This document shows positions 47,201 through 59,859 of a stretch of DNA of 64,000 nucleotides, one piece after another. Made by a program: the position numbers and the translations under genes. The notes under the pieces were generated by a model. The model was given only the letters and a program-made list of their open reading frames with translations, did not search any database and had not been told where the DNA came from. The stretch covers positions 21,324 through 85,323 of the forward strand of contig NIVC01001775.1 in the NCBI GenBank assembly GCA_002269645.1. The letters are read 5' to 3'. Numbering within the stretch: the stretch's first letter is position 1; the number at the start of each line of letters is the position of its first letter. This stretch comes from Macrostomum lignano. Lineage: Eukaryota.

Positions 47201-50200
47201 TACACCAGAATAATTGCCCCTTATCTATCCCTCTACACCAGAATGATTACCACTTATCCACCCCTCTAAACCAGAATAATTGCCCCTTATCCACTCCTCT
47301 ACACCAGAATAATTGCCACTTATCTATCCCTCTAAACCAGAATAATTGCCCCTTATCTATCCCTCTACACCAGAATGATTGCCACTTATCCACCCCTTTA
47401 AACCAGAATAATTGCCCCTTATCCACCCTCTACACCAGAATAATTGCCACTTATCTATCCCTCTAAACCAGAATAATTGCCCCTTATCTATCCCTCTACA
47501 CCAGAATGATTGCCCCTTATCCACCCCTCTAAACCAGAATAATTGCCCCTTATCCACTCCTCTAAACCAGAATAATTTCCCCTTATCCACCCCTCTACAC
47601 CAGAATAATTGCCCCTTATCTATCCCTCTACACCAGAATGATTACCACTTATCCACCCCTCTAAACCAGAATAATTGCCCCTTATCCACTCCTCTACACC
47701 AGAATAATTGCCCCTTATCTATCCCTCTACACCAGAATGATTGCCCCTTATCTATCCCTCTACACCAGAATGATTGCCCCTTATCTATCCCTCTACACCA
47801 GAATAATTGCCCCTTATCCACCCCTCTACACCAGAATAATTTCCCCTTATCCACCCCTCTAAACCAGAATAATTGCCACTTATCCACCCCTCTACACCAG
47901 AATAATTGCCACTTATTTACCCCTCTACACCAGAATAATTGCCCCTTATCCACCCCACTACACCAGAATAATTGCCCCTTATCTATCCCTCTACACCAGA
48001 ATGATTGCCCCTTATCTATCCCTCTACACCAGAATGATTGCCCTTATCTATCCCTCTACACCAGAATGATTGCCCCTTATCTATCCCTCTACACCAGAAT
48101 AATTGCCCCTTATCCACCCCTCTACACCAGAATAATTTCCCCTTATCCACCCCTCTAAACCAGAATAATTGCCACTTATCCATCCCTCTACACCAGAATG
48201 ATTGCCACTTATCCACCCCTCTAAACCAGAATTATTGCCCCTTATCCACCCCTCTAAACCAGAATAATTTCCCCTTATCCACCCCTCTAAACCAGAATAA
48301 TTGCCCCTTATCCACCCCTCTAAACCAGAATAATTTCCCCTTATCCACCCCTCTAAACCAGAATAATTGCCCCTTATCCACCCCTCTAAACCAGAATAAT
48401 TTCCCCTTATCCACCCCTCTAAACCAGAATAATTGCCCCTTATCCACCCTCTACACCAGAATGATTGCCACTTATCCACCCCTCTAAACCAGAATAATTG
48501 CCCCTTATCCACCCCTCTACACCAGAATAATTTCCCCTTATCCACCCCTCTACACCAGAATAATTGCCCCTTATCTATCCCTCTACACCAGAATGATTAC
48601 CACTTATCCACCCCTCTAAACCAGAATAATTGCCCCTTATCCACTCCTCTACACCAGAATAATTGCCACTTATCTATCCCTCTAAACCAGAATAATTGCC
48701 CCTTATCTATCCCTCTACACCAGAATGATTGCCACTTATCCACCCCTTTAAACCAGAATAATTGCCCCTTATCCACCCTCTACACCAGAATAATTGCCAC
48801 TTATCTATCCCTCTAAACCAGAATAATTGCCCCTTATCTATCCCTCTACACCAGAATGATTGCCCCTTATCCACCCCTCTAAACCAGAATAATTGCCCCT
48901 TATCCACTCCTCTAAACCAGAATAATTTCCCCTTATCCACCCTCTACACCAGAATAATTGCCCCTTATCTATCCCTCTACACCAGAATGATTACCACTTA
49001 TCCACCCCTCTAAACCAGAATAATTGCCCCTTATCCACTCCTCTACACCAGAATAATTGCCCCTTATCTATCCCTCTACACCAGAATGATTGCCCTTATC
49101 TATCCCTCTACACCAGAATGATTGCCCTTATCTATCCCTCTACACCAGAATAATTGCCCCTTATCCACCCCTCTACACCAGAATAATTTCCCCTTATCCA
49201 CCCCTCTAAACCAGAATAATTGCCACTTATCCATCCCTCTACACCAGAATGATTGCCACTTATCCACCCCTCTAAACCAGAATTATTGCCCCTTATCCAC
49301 CCCTCTAAACCAGAATAATTTCCCCTTATCCACCCTCTAAACCAGAATAATTGCCCCTTATCCACCCTCTAAACCAGAATAATTTCCCCTTATCCACCCC
49401 TCTAAACCAGAATAATTGCCCCTTATCCACCCCTCTAAACCAGAATAATTTCCCCTTATCCACCCCTCTAAACCAGAATAATTGCCCCTTATCCACCCTC
49501 TACACCAGAATGATTGCCACTTATCCACCCCTCTAAACCAGAATAATTGCCCCTTATCCACCCCTCTAAACCAGAATAATTTCCCCTTATCCACCCCTCT
49601 ACACCAGAATAATTGCCCCTTATCTATCCCTCTACACCAGAATGATTACCACTTATCCACCCCTCTAAACCAGAATAATTGCCCCTTATCCACTCCTCTA
49701 CACCAGAATAATTGCCACTTATCTATCCCTCTAAACCAGAATAATTGCCCCTTATCTATCCCTCTACACCAGAATGATTGCCACTTATCCACCCCTTTAA
49801 ACCAGAATAATTGCCCTTATCCACCCCTCTACACCAGAATAATTGCCACTTATCTATCCCTCTAAACCAGAATAATTGCCCCTTATCTATCCCTCTACAC
49901 CAGAATGATTGCCCCTTATCCACCCCTCTAAACCAGAATAATTGCCCCTTATCCACTCCTCTAAACCAGAATAATTTCCCCTTATCCACCCCTCTACACC
50001 AGAATAATTGCCCCTTATCTATCCCTCTACACCAGAATGATTACCACTTATCCACCCCTCTAAACCAGAATAATTGCCCCTTATCCACTCCTCTACACCA
50101 GAATAATTGCCCCTTATCTATCCCTCTACACCAGAATGATTGCCCCTTATCTATCCCTCTACACCAGAATGATTGCCCCTTATCTATCCCTCTACACCAG

Positions 50201-51310
50201 AATAATTGCCCCTTATCCACCCCTCTACACCAGAATAATTTCCCCTTATCCACCCCTCTAAACCAGAATAATTGCCACTTATCCATCCCTCTACACCAGA
50301 ATGATTGCCACTTATCCACCCCTCTAAACCAGAATTATTGCCCCTTATCCACCCCTCTAAACCAGAATAATTTCCCCTTATCCACCCCTCTAAACCAGAA
50401 TAATTGCCCCTTATCCACCCCTCTAAACCAGAATAATTTCCCCTTATCCACCCCTCTAAACCAGAATAATTGCCCCTTATCCACCCCTCTAAACCAGAAT
50501 AATTTCCCCTTATCCACCCCTCTAAACCAGAATAATTGCCCCTTATCCACCCCTCTACACCAGAATGATTGCCACTTATCCACCCCTCTAAACCAGAATA
50601 ATTGCCCCTTATCCACCCCTCTAAACCAGAATAATTTCCCCTTATCCACCCCTCTACACCAGAATAATTGCCCCTTATCTATCCCTCTTCACCAGAATGA
50701 TTACCACTTATCCACCCCTCTAAACCAGAATAATTGCCCCTTATCCACTCCTCTACACCAGAATAATTGCCACTTATCTATCCCTCTAAACCAGAATAAT
50801 TGCCCCTTATCTATCCCTCTACACCAGAATGATTGCCACTTATCCACCCCTTTAAACCAGAATAATTGCCCCTTATCCACCCCTCTACACCAGAATAATT
50901 GCCACTTATCTATCCCTCTAAACCAGAATAATTGCCCCTTATCTATCCCTCTACACCAGAATGATTGCCCCTTATCCACCCCTCTAAACCAGAATAATTG
51001 CCCCTTATCCACTCCTCTAAACCAGAATAATTTCCCCTTATCCACCCCTCTACACCAGAATAATTGCCCCTTATCTATCCCTCTACACCAGAATGATTAC
51101 CACTTATCCACCCCTCTAAACCAGAATAATTTCCCCTTATCCACTCCTCTACACCAGAATAATTGCCACTTATCTATCCCTCTAAACCCTTATCTATCCC
51201 TCTACACCAGAATGATTGCCACTTATCCACCCCTCTAAACCAGAATAATTGCCCCTTATCCACTCCTCTAAACCAGAATAATTGCCACTTATCTACCCTG
51301 TACAGCAGAA
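44215..51310. repeat. 33-bp satellite (TTGCCCCTTATCCACCCCTCTACACCAGAATAA), ~7.1 kb
   Basis: More than 200 variant units between the convergent 3' ends of NUDT13 and TLNRD1. Confidence 0.96.
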
Positions 51311-52049
51311 TAAGTGCTGGTTAACAATACATAAAGGTCAGGTGTAGGAGGCAGTACTTTCTATAGTTTTTTGACTATATTTCTTGATATATATTATAAA
51401 ATTTAATGATTTCTTGCAATTTTATTTAATATTAACTGTTATATAAGCATTGATTACGGTAGAATGCAATAATATAATTGAACATAGTAAACTAGGACAC
51501 ATAATTAATCAATAATACTCGTACATATACAATTAAAATCGGAATTGACTTCAATTGACTTTATCTGTACATCATACATCTCCATTTTTTTCCCAATTTT
51601 ATTTGAAAATACGCCGCCTCTTCTTTTCTGCGAATAAACAAAAATTGTAACACGAAAACCCGGAGAAAATTGTTGCACATCGTAGAAAAATTTGATTGCA
51701 ATTTGACTGGAGAAAAAAGTCTTGTTTAACTGAAAAAAATTATTACAAATAAAAGCATGCAATTTTTTAAACCTGGCTCGTATATTGCAGATTACTTAAG
51801 TAAAATTGGAAGTGCTAAAATCACAGTTTTAACTGCACAAACATATGAAACTTCCCAGATCCTTTTGACTGGGAAAATCTCTTCTCAGTTGCAAATCAAT
51901 TTAAACTTAAACTTAAAAAGTAAAAGTTAATAAATACTTTCTCCTGTTATCCCATTCTGTCAATTCTGACAAAATACATGTTCAGGATGTTTTTATCAAG
52001 CTTGGGGTTTTAGGAAGTTCGGAGTTGAAAGAAAGAGATTGACATTTTT

Positions 52050-52685
52050 TGGTTTATGATGTTTCTAGTTCATGGAGTTTATAGTTTATGGAGTTTCTGG
52101 TTTATGGAGTATCTGGTTTAGAGAGTTTCTGGTTTAAGGAGTTAGGAGTATCTGGTTCATGGAGTTTCTGGTTTATGGAGTTTCTGGTTTATGGAGTTTC
52201 TGGTTTATGGAGTTTCTGGTTTATAGAGTTTATAGTTTATGGAGTTCTGGTTTATGGAGTTTCTGGTTTATGGAGTTTCTGGTTTATGGAGTTCCTAGTT
52301 TATGGAGTTCTGGTTTATGGAGTTTATAGTTTATGGAGTTTCTGGTTTATGGAGTTTATAGTTTATGGAGTTTCTGGTTTATGGAGTTTATAGTTTATGG
52401 AGTTTCTGGTTTATGGAGTTCCTAGTTTATGGAGTTCTGGTTTATGGAGTTTATAGTTTATGGAGTTTCTGGTTTATGGAGTTTCTGGTTTAGGGAGTTT
52501 ATAGTTTATGGAGTTTCTAGTTTATGGAGCTTCTGGTTTATGGAGTTTCTGGTTTATGGAGTTTCTGGTTTATGGAGTTTCTGGTTCATGGAGTTCTGGT
52601 TTATGGAGTTTCTGGTTCATGGAGTTTCTGGTTTATGGAGTTTCTGGTTCATGGAGTTCTGGTTTATGGAGTTTCTGGTTCATTG
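52050..52685. repeat. 16-bp minisatellite (TTTATGGAGTTTCTGG)
   Basis: Tandem variant units just downstream of the TLNRD1 stop codon. Confidence 0.9.
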
Positions 52686-52764
52686 AGTCCAGTTAATGGA
52701 GATGAGATTTTTTGAGGCTGCTAGGTTTATGGGATTTCGAGTTAAGCGAGCCACCCCAGCTCGG

Positions 52765-54805
52765 TCACAGCCTGTCCAGTCGGCCATCACCGGCCACAGG
52801 CGAGGCCGCAGCACCCGGCTGGCCTGGCAGCAGCTTGGCCAGGCAGTCCGTGCAGGCGGCATTCAAAGACTCGGCCAGCTGGTTCAGCCGCTGCCGCTGC
52901 TGCTGAGCTGGCGACGCCTGTTGCTCGGTAGCTCCGGCCATCGCGGTGAGCAGTTCGGCGGTGCACAGCGCCACAGGCAGCGCATGGCCCAGAGCCCTGG
53001 CCCGTCCGTTCTTCGCCTCGTCCGTTAGGCGAAACGGCCGACCGGAGAACCGGGACTCGCCGGACACGGCCAGCACCGTGGCCACGGCCGGCCGGAGATT
53101 CTCAACCGCCAGATGGACTCGAGACCGGAGCTCCTCCAGCGCCGCCGCCGGGTCCTCCTTGGGGTGTCCGCCTGCGCCCACTGAAGACGGACGAGGAGGG
53201 CAGATGAGAGTATGACAGACGGACACATTAGAAAGACACCAGGACAAGTTGGCAGACAGATATCAGACAGGCGGACATCAGACAGGCAGACATCAGACAG
53301 GCAGACACCAGACAGGCAGACATCAGACAGGCAGACAGGCAGACATCAGACAGGCAAACATCAGACATCAGACAGGCAGACAGGCAGACATCAGACAGGC
53401 AAACATCAGACATCAGACAGGCAGACATCAGACATCAGACAGGCAAACATCAGAGAGGCGGACATCAGACATCAGACATCAGACAGGCTGACATCAGAGA
53501 GGCGGACATCAGACATCAGACATCAGACAGGCTGACATCAGACAGGCGGACATAAGACATCAGACAGGCTGACATCAGACAGGCTGACATCAGACAGGCG
53601 GACATCAGACATCAGACAGGCTGACATCAGAGAGGCGGACATCAGACATCAGACAGGCACTCACAGCTGGCCAGCGCAGCCCGCACGCAGCGGACAGCGT
53701 GCAGCAGCTGGGCCACAGCGGCGGACGCGCACCGCACGGCCAGCTGCAGCGCTTCCATGTCCGCCGGATCGCCGCCCAGCCTCGCCGGCCGACCAGCCTT
53801 AGACAGTTCGGCCAGGCTCTGTCCGAGTTGTTCAGCCAGTCGTTCCAGTTGTCGATCGTCTGGCCCAGAACCGGATGACAGAGCTAAGGACAGCTCCAGA
53901 CCCAGCGCCGAGGCCAGAAGGCCGTCGCAGGCGCGGGCCACTGCCAGACGGTTGAGCTGCTGCTGCTGCTGGTGGTCCTCACTTAAAGACTGCGGCTGCT
54001 GCTGGCTGATCAGGGAGTACACAGATCGATAGACCGACTCGATAAAACCCACGCAGGACATCTTCGGTGGAATGGGATCAGGAGGATGAGAATTAGAGGT
54101 TTTTTCTGAGTCCAGTTCACCTGACCCATATCTTCTAATGTCTGATCCAGTTCCCCTAATGTCCGATTCAATTCCTCTAATGTCCAATCCTAAAACCTAA
54201 TGTCCGATCCAGTTCCCCTAATATCTAATTCAGGTCCCCTAATGTCCGATCCAGTTCCCCTAATATCTAATTCAGTTCCCCTAATGTCCGATTCAATTTC
54301 CCTAATGCCCAATCCAGTTCCCCTAATGTCCGATTCAATTCTTCTAATGTCCAATTCAATTCCCTCTAATGTCCGACCCAGTTCCCCTAATGTCCAGTTC
54401 AATTCCCCTATTGTCCAGCTTCCCCAGCATGCCAACCTGAAGTCGGCGGGCAAAGTCGGCCGCAGCCTCGTCCTCCTCATCGTTGGGCGCCGCGGCCAGC
54501 ATGGTTCGGCCGCCGCGTCGGGCCTCCTCAACCAGCAGGCGCAGGTTGGCGAGTTCCCGCCTGGCCCGGTGATCGCTCGGCTCGACGCGCGATGGCGACA
54601 CGGCCTGCCCAGTGTCCGACATCGGCATCGGCAACGTCGGTGGCGGCGGCGGCCACATCTTGGAGCAGAGCAGCAGCCGCTCAGCTGCCTGCTGGACTCG
54701 CTGAGCACCAACAAGGCATTCAATGCGAGACGACTGACGGCGAGGCGGCCTGAAGGCCTGGCCATTGACTGCCCCACTGGGCTGACTGGCGCCAGAGTGG
54801 TGCAT
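52765..54805 (-). CDS. TLNRD1: Talin rod domain-containing protein 1 (MESDC1)-like; exons 54805-54437, 54061-53665, 53180-52765 (393 aa)
   Basis: Helical-bundle segments resemble TLNRD1 as I recall it: RVQQAAERLLLCSK, LQLAVRCASAAVAQLLHAVRCVR, AVATVLAVSGESRFSGRP, RQRLNQLAESL. Phase-consistent GT-AG introns (0 and 1). Total 1182 nt. Confidence 0.75.
53255..53658. repeat. 7-15-bp repeat (CATCAGACAGGCAGA), TLNRD1 intron 2
   Basis: Tandem variant units filling the intron at 53181-53664. Confidence 0.9.
54135..54420. repeat. 21-bp minisatellite (TAATGTCCGATCCAGTTCCCC), TLNRD1 intron 1
   Basis: About 13 degenerate units in the intron at 54062-54436. Confidence 0.85.
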
Positions 54806-55029
54806 GGATAGCTTATTATGGCAAAGCCTGGAATCCATGTGTAAATATTGAAATAAAAGAAAGCATAATTTATTACTTTATGAAGCATATTTATTATATT
54901 ATTCAAAATAAAGAAGATGTACTTAGCCACACTAAGAATGATTTGTCTCTATTTATATTAGTATGAGGCGGAAGGCCTTTTTGTTTCAATAGATGGAATG
55001 GCAGCGAAGAGTTTGTGCTGCTTTGCGCG

Positions 55030-55112
55030 TGTATTTATATGAGATTTACAAACAACGCCAGATTGAGGGGCCAAGGGAGGTGCGAAAAGGTGGCATGGCG
55101 TGATTGGCTACG
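55030..55112 (-). promoter_or_regulatory. Candidate LTR promoter (CCAAT box and TATA box) pointing toward TLNRD1
   Basis: Minus strand reads GCCAATC at ~55103-55109, then TATAAATA at ~55032-55039. The same motifs occur in the other LTR. Activity is untested. Confidence 0.4.
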
Positions 55113-55304
55113 CCAACCCCCCGGCTTAGCGAGCCGGCTAGCTTGGCGCGTACCCACCCCACCTCAGCTAGACAGAGGCGGGGGGGTTTCCAGTGCGGCT
55201 GCACTGGTGCTGCCGGTCGCGTAGTCTGGCCGCCACACAGCTCCCCCCAGCACCGAGCTAGGCCCGAACGTCGGGTGGTAGCCGAGGCAGCGAGAGCGCA
55301 GAGG

Positions 55305-55880
55305 AGCGGGCGCCGAAGGCGGCGGGGGCGCGAGGCGGGCGCCGAAGGCAGCAGAGCGCCGATGGCAGCAGGTCGCCGAGCGGGCGCCGATGGCAGCAGG
55401 TCGCCGAGCGGGCGCCGATGGCAGCAGGTCGCCGAGCGGTCGCCGGGCGGGCGCCGAAAGCAGCAGGGCGCCAGGCGGGCGCCGGGCGGGCGCCGAAGGC
55501 AGCAGGGCGCCAGGCGGGCGCCGAAGGCAGCAGGGCGCCAGGCGGGCGCCGAAGGCAGCAGCAGGGCGCCAGGCGGGCGCCGAAGGCGGCAGGGGCGCGA
55601 GGCGGGCGCCGAAGGCAGCAGGGCGCCAGGCGGGCGCCGAAGGCAGCAGGGCGCCAGGCGGGCGCCGAAGGCAGCAGAACGCCAGGCGGGCGCCGAAGAC
55701 AGCAGGGCGCCAGGCGGGCGCCGATAGCAGCAGGGCGCCAGGCGGGCGCCGATGGCAGCAGAACGCCAGGCGGGCGCCGAAGACAGCAGGGCGCCAGGCG
55801 GGCGCCGATAGCAGCAGGGCGCCAGGCGGGCGCCGATGGCAGCAGGGCGCCAGGTGGGCGCCGAAGGCAGCAGGGGCGCG
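55305..55880. repeat. GC-rich ~28-bp tandem repeat (GCAGCAGGGCGCCAGGCGGGCGCCGAAG) inside the TRIM
   Basis: About 20 variant units read directly. Confidence 0.88.
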
Positions 55881-56248
55881 CGGCCGTACCACACCAGAGG
55901 CAATCGACAGTCAGTTGCCGCCGTGAGCCGGATCGATGCTCCTGCACAGAGGCTGGGGACGTTAGGCTAGCAGCAGCGGTGCTAACCTAGAAGTAGCTGC
56001 AGCGTGTGGCGCTGGTTGGTCCAACGCGGGGGCCGAAAGGCGAGACCCCAGGAGCTACCGGGGGCGGGCTGACTGGGCCGATTCGTGCTGCTGGGCTGCG
56101 GTGCTGCTGGGCTGCGGTGCTGCTGTGCTGCGGTGCTGCGGTGCTGCGGTGCTGCTGTGCTGCGGTGCTGCCGTTGCAGTCGGCCAAGGCGGTTGGCTGC
56201 CAGGACCGCACAGGGCCGACCAGGTAGGCCCAGCGTTCCGCGCTGGGT

Positions 56249-56261
56249 GTCGGGCTCACCA
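56249..56261 (-). other. Primer-binding site of the TRIM (tRNA-Trp-like)
   Basis: TGGTGAGCCCGAC lies 1 nt inside the 5' LTR. It differs by one base from the canonical tRNA-Trp PBS TGGTGACCCCGAC. Confidence 0.6.
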
Positions 56262-58849
56262 ATGAGGCGGAAGGCCTTTTTGTTTCAATAGATGGAATGG
56301 CAGCGAAGAGTTTGTGCTGCTTTGCGCGTGTATTTATATGAGATTTACAAACAACGCCAGATTGAGGGGCCAAGGGAGGTGCGAAAAGGTGGCATGGCGT
56401 GATTGGCTACGCCAACCCCCCCGGCTTAGCGAGCCGGCTAGCTTGGCGCGTACCCACCCCACCTCAGCTAGACAGAGGCGGGGGGGTTTCCAGTGCGGCT
56501 GCACTGGTGCTGCCGGTCGCGTAGTCTGGCCGCCACAAGTATCTATTTATCTATTTGATTATAAGTCTTAAAAAATATGGCTTTCATTAGCAATTAGCAA
56601 TTATGGGATTTGATAGCTCCTATTTAAGTTCACTTATTACTTCCATATACTAATATGGTCTATGATTCTTTATGATAGCATTTTGTTATCAAATATGATA
56701 TTTTGTCTTTCTAACCTAATTATTTATTTTATATGTACAGTATTATTCTAAGCTAAATTATCCTGATTGGTAAGCCACTTAGTGCTCAACTTTATTACTA
56801 TTATCCACAATATGTTCAAAATTTTATAAAAATCTATGCTTCTATGCTAATATGTTATTTTTCAGTGGTCATTAAATTACCTAAGTCTCTTCTCTTATAA
56901 TAAACCCTGAGCATGATATCATTGAAGATATTTAATTAGCATATCAATTTATTATTCTTCCAAAAACCTATACAAAAAAATAAATTTTCCATCTCTCTAA
57001 AGTACTTTTGTCCTTTGGCTTTGCGGCTAGCTGTATATTTGCATATGCCCATTCTCTAGTTTTCTATTAAATCTTTTATTTCTCTTTTATTAACTGATGA
57101 TGTTTGTTTGGCTCCTTTGTGAAATAGACAAAGATGCTCTTGCTCAATAGCTTTAGCTCAGTAATATTGTTGGATTAAAGTTCAATGGAGTATAGTATAG
57201 TATTTCTGTATGCTAGTCAATTTTCGTGCAAACCCTGATTAAATTTATCTTATATGATGCTTTTGAAAACTAGAAACGAAGCTTTAGGGCGATAAAACAA
57301 AATTTGATTAACATACTTAATTGCTGAAAAGAGTAAATAAATTTTTTCGAAGTAAACTATTTTTTTATGCGCAATGTACACTTTTTAACTGCTTTTTTTA
57401 CTTTTTGTGTCTTGTTTGTATGGACAAGGTATTTAACTTTTTTCCGCTTTTTGTGTTAAATAGTTTTAATCAGAAGCCATCCATTCCAATTACAAAAACT
57501 TTTGCCAAGGACCACTGTATATCCAGTTTTTAAAGACCAATTTTTTTAAGGACAGATTTTCCTTAATATACAGTGGTCTTTGACTTTTGCGTCAGTTTCT
57601 ATCAATACTTCTGAGAGCATGTCATCTACTACTAATGCTGTATTTTAACCACACGTTTTATATTTATTACTACTATTAGTACTATACACCGTCCAGAATA
57701 TATTCTATTAAAATCCAACCAAAAGTGAGGAAATTAATCTCAATAAACAAAAGTTGATAATTTAATGGTAGCCAAGCGACAATTTTTTATAAAGCGATCT
57801 CGCTCCTCGATCAAAGATCGACATTGGAGATTGGCATATACATGTATCACTGTATACGTGTAATTATGATAAGTCAGCGACTGTCATGAAACAAATATTT
57901 TTTCTGCAGCAGATGGCCGCTTTGACTCCAGACTTTGGGCGGGCCGCGCGGCTCCGGCCCCAATCTTTCATGCAATTTGACCAGCGTGTCGTATCGCGTG
58001 TATTCATAAGCAGCCCGGCTTTTTAATCCTATTAAATCCCCTATTCGGCTGCTATACCGGAGGTGAGCCAAGATGAAGTTGGCCAGATGTTTTTTGTCTC
58101 CGAGACGGATCGGCGGAAGAGCGGGCCGTGGGAGGAGCTCTCGGAGAGCTGGGCAGATCCGCCGCCCATTTTTAATCCCCCCACCGCCCTACCGAACCGG
58201 ACTCTGGAGAATCGCCAGGCAAAATATCGATCACGGTCCTGCGCATAACGGCGGCTAATGCAGATGGATGATACGGATGGCATTTGGTTATAATTTCACT
58301 CCGAAGATTGGCGCACCTTTCTCTTTCTCTCTCTCTCTTTCATTTTAATGCCCCGCATGCGATCTGCACTCAAAAAAAGGAGCCGGGCCATCGGCTCTTA
58401 CCTGACTGCTTAGATTGCTATCGAATAGCGAGGCTCATCGAGTTTCCGGACAATTCAAACCTGAGTTCGAATGGGGGGCACTGGGCAGGATGTGAAGTGG
58501 CTGGGAGAGGTAGGGAGATAGGGTTGTAACCGGACGTCAATATGGAGCTCGAAAACAACAGATGGGGTGGCACACAGTCGTGATCCCTGTTATGCCTTCC
58601 AGCTGAGCTTCATACCGGCATGAGTGATTAATGATCATGCAGGTTAACAGGGTTGTTGGAAATGCTGATTCTTTTCGCTTGATTTTCCAGAGACAAAGAC
58701 TGCAAAGTTGGCCGCTGAGTATTAGCTTACAATGATTTAGTCTTGTCTGCTTTGGCTCGTTTCAGTTTCTTTGCTGGAGCACGCGCCCCTTTATCTATGC
58801 TTCTTAACTCCTCGATTCTTAATCCCTTGCTTCTTAATCCGCGTCACTT

Positions 58850-59325
58850 TCTAATCCATCGCTTCCTAATCCATCGCTTTCTAATCCATCGCTTCCTAAT
58901 CCATCGCTTCCTAATCCATCGCTTCCTAATCCATCGCTTCCTAATCCATCGCTTCCTAATCCATCGCTTCCTAATCCATCGCTTCCTAATCCATCGCTTC
59001 CTAATCCATCGCTTCCTAATCCGTCGCTTCCTAATCCATCGCTTCCTAATCCATCGCTTCCTAATCCATCGCTTCTTACTCCATCGCTTCCTAATCCGTC
59101 GCTTCCTAATCCATCGCTTCCTAATCCATCGCTTCCTAATCCATCGCTTCCTAACCCATCTCTTCTTACTCCACCGCTTCCTAATCCATCGCTTCTTACT
59201 CCATCGCTTCCTAATCCATCGCTTCCTAATCCATCGCTTCCTAATCCATCGCTTCCTAATCCATCGCTTCCTAATCTATCGCTTCCTAATCCATCGCTTC
59301 CTAATCCATCGCTTCCTAATCCTTC
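58850..59325. repeat. 15-bp minisatellite (CGCTTCCTAATCCAT)
   Basis: About 31 tandem units. Confidence 0.92.
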
Positions 59326-59859
59326 TTACCTTTCTTCCTTTGGTCTCTCATACACAAAAGGATCCTAATACAAAAAGCTGATTAGCATTGCTGAAACTAC
59401 TTCTGTGAATAAAGTGTGAGAAACCAAAAAGCAGACGAAGCAAGGCAGGCAGGAAACCACAAATGAAAATTCGATAGCGCCAATTATTGGCAATTGCACT
59501 GGCTTGGAGCTCATTCATTTCTAATCGGCTGAATAAGAGCCTGCACTGGGAACTTCAGAACATCTCACGATGATCTAACAGCCCCTTGACAATCCGCTTG
59601 AACACATGACAGACTGTGAGTCGGCGAAAGATGCAGCTAGGAAAGATAATGAAGAGACTCAAATTTTAAGAGCAATCAACTCACAGCTGGTTTGGCTGAG
59701 TCAACAGCTGCCACGGTTGACGTCGGCCTTTGTGGCTGGCATCTCTCATCCTACAATTCGATGTTATAAAAGCAGAAAAAATATCAAGGAATATATAAAC
59801 AGCAATATAATACCAGACAAAAGTAGAATTTGCGATGCATAAAATACATGAAATGAAAA

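Larger units (their letters stand above)
54964..56537 (-). mobile_element. Non-autonomous LTR retrotransposon (TRIM-like), 1574 bp
   Basis: TG...CA direct repeats at 54964-55237 and 56263-56537, identical apart from one C in a homopolymer. 4-bp TSD AGTA (54960-63, 56538-41). Minus-strand PBS TGGTGAGCCCGAC and PPT-like GGGGGGAG. No retroelement coding motifs inside. Confidence 0.88.

Noticed and set aside
44201-51238. Many 11-aa repeat ORFs (FWCRGVDKGQL, PLHQNNCPLST)
   Set aside because: They arise in several frames on both strands of a 33-bp satellite and break at homopolymer indels. No unique domains.
23410-54420. Rule that G-rich repeat strands always lie on the template strand
   Set aside because: It holds for NEK1 intron 1 and the NUDT13 21-bp array but not for TLNRD1 intron 1 or the symmetric arrays.
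55046-55990. Overlapping Ala/Arg/Pro/Gly-rich ORFs inside the TRIM
   Set aside because: All six frames are open because of the GC-rich 28-bp repeat. No gag or pol motifs.
57874-58071. KSRAAYEYTR resembling the P/THAP9 SxxAYxxLR motif
   Set aside because: A single short motif with no TIRs or other transposase motifs nearby.
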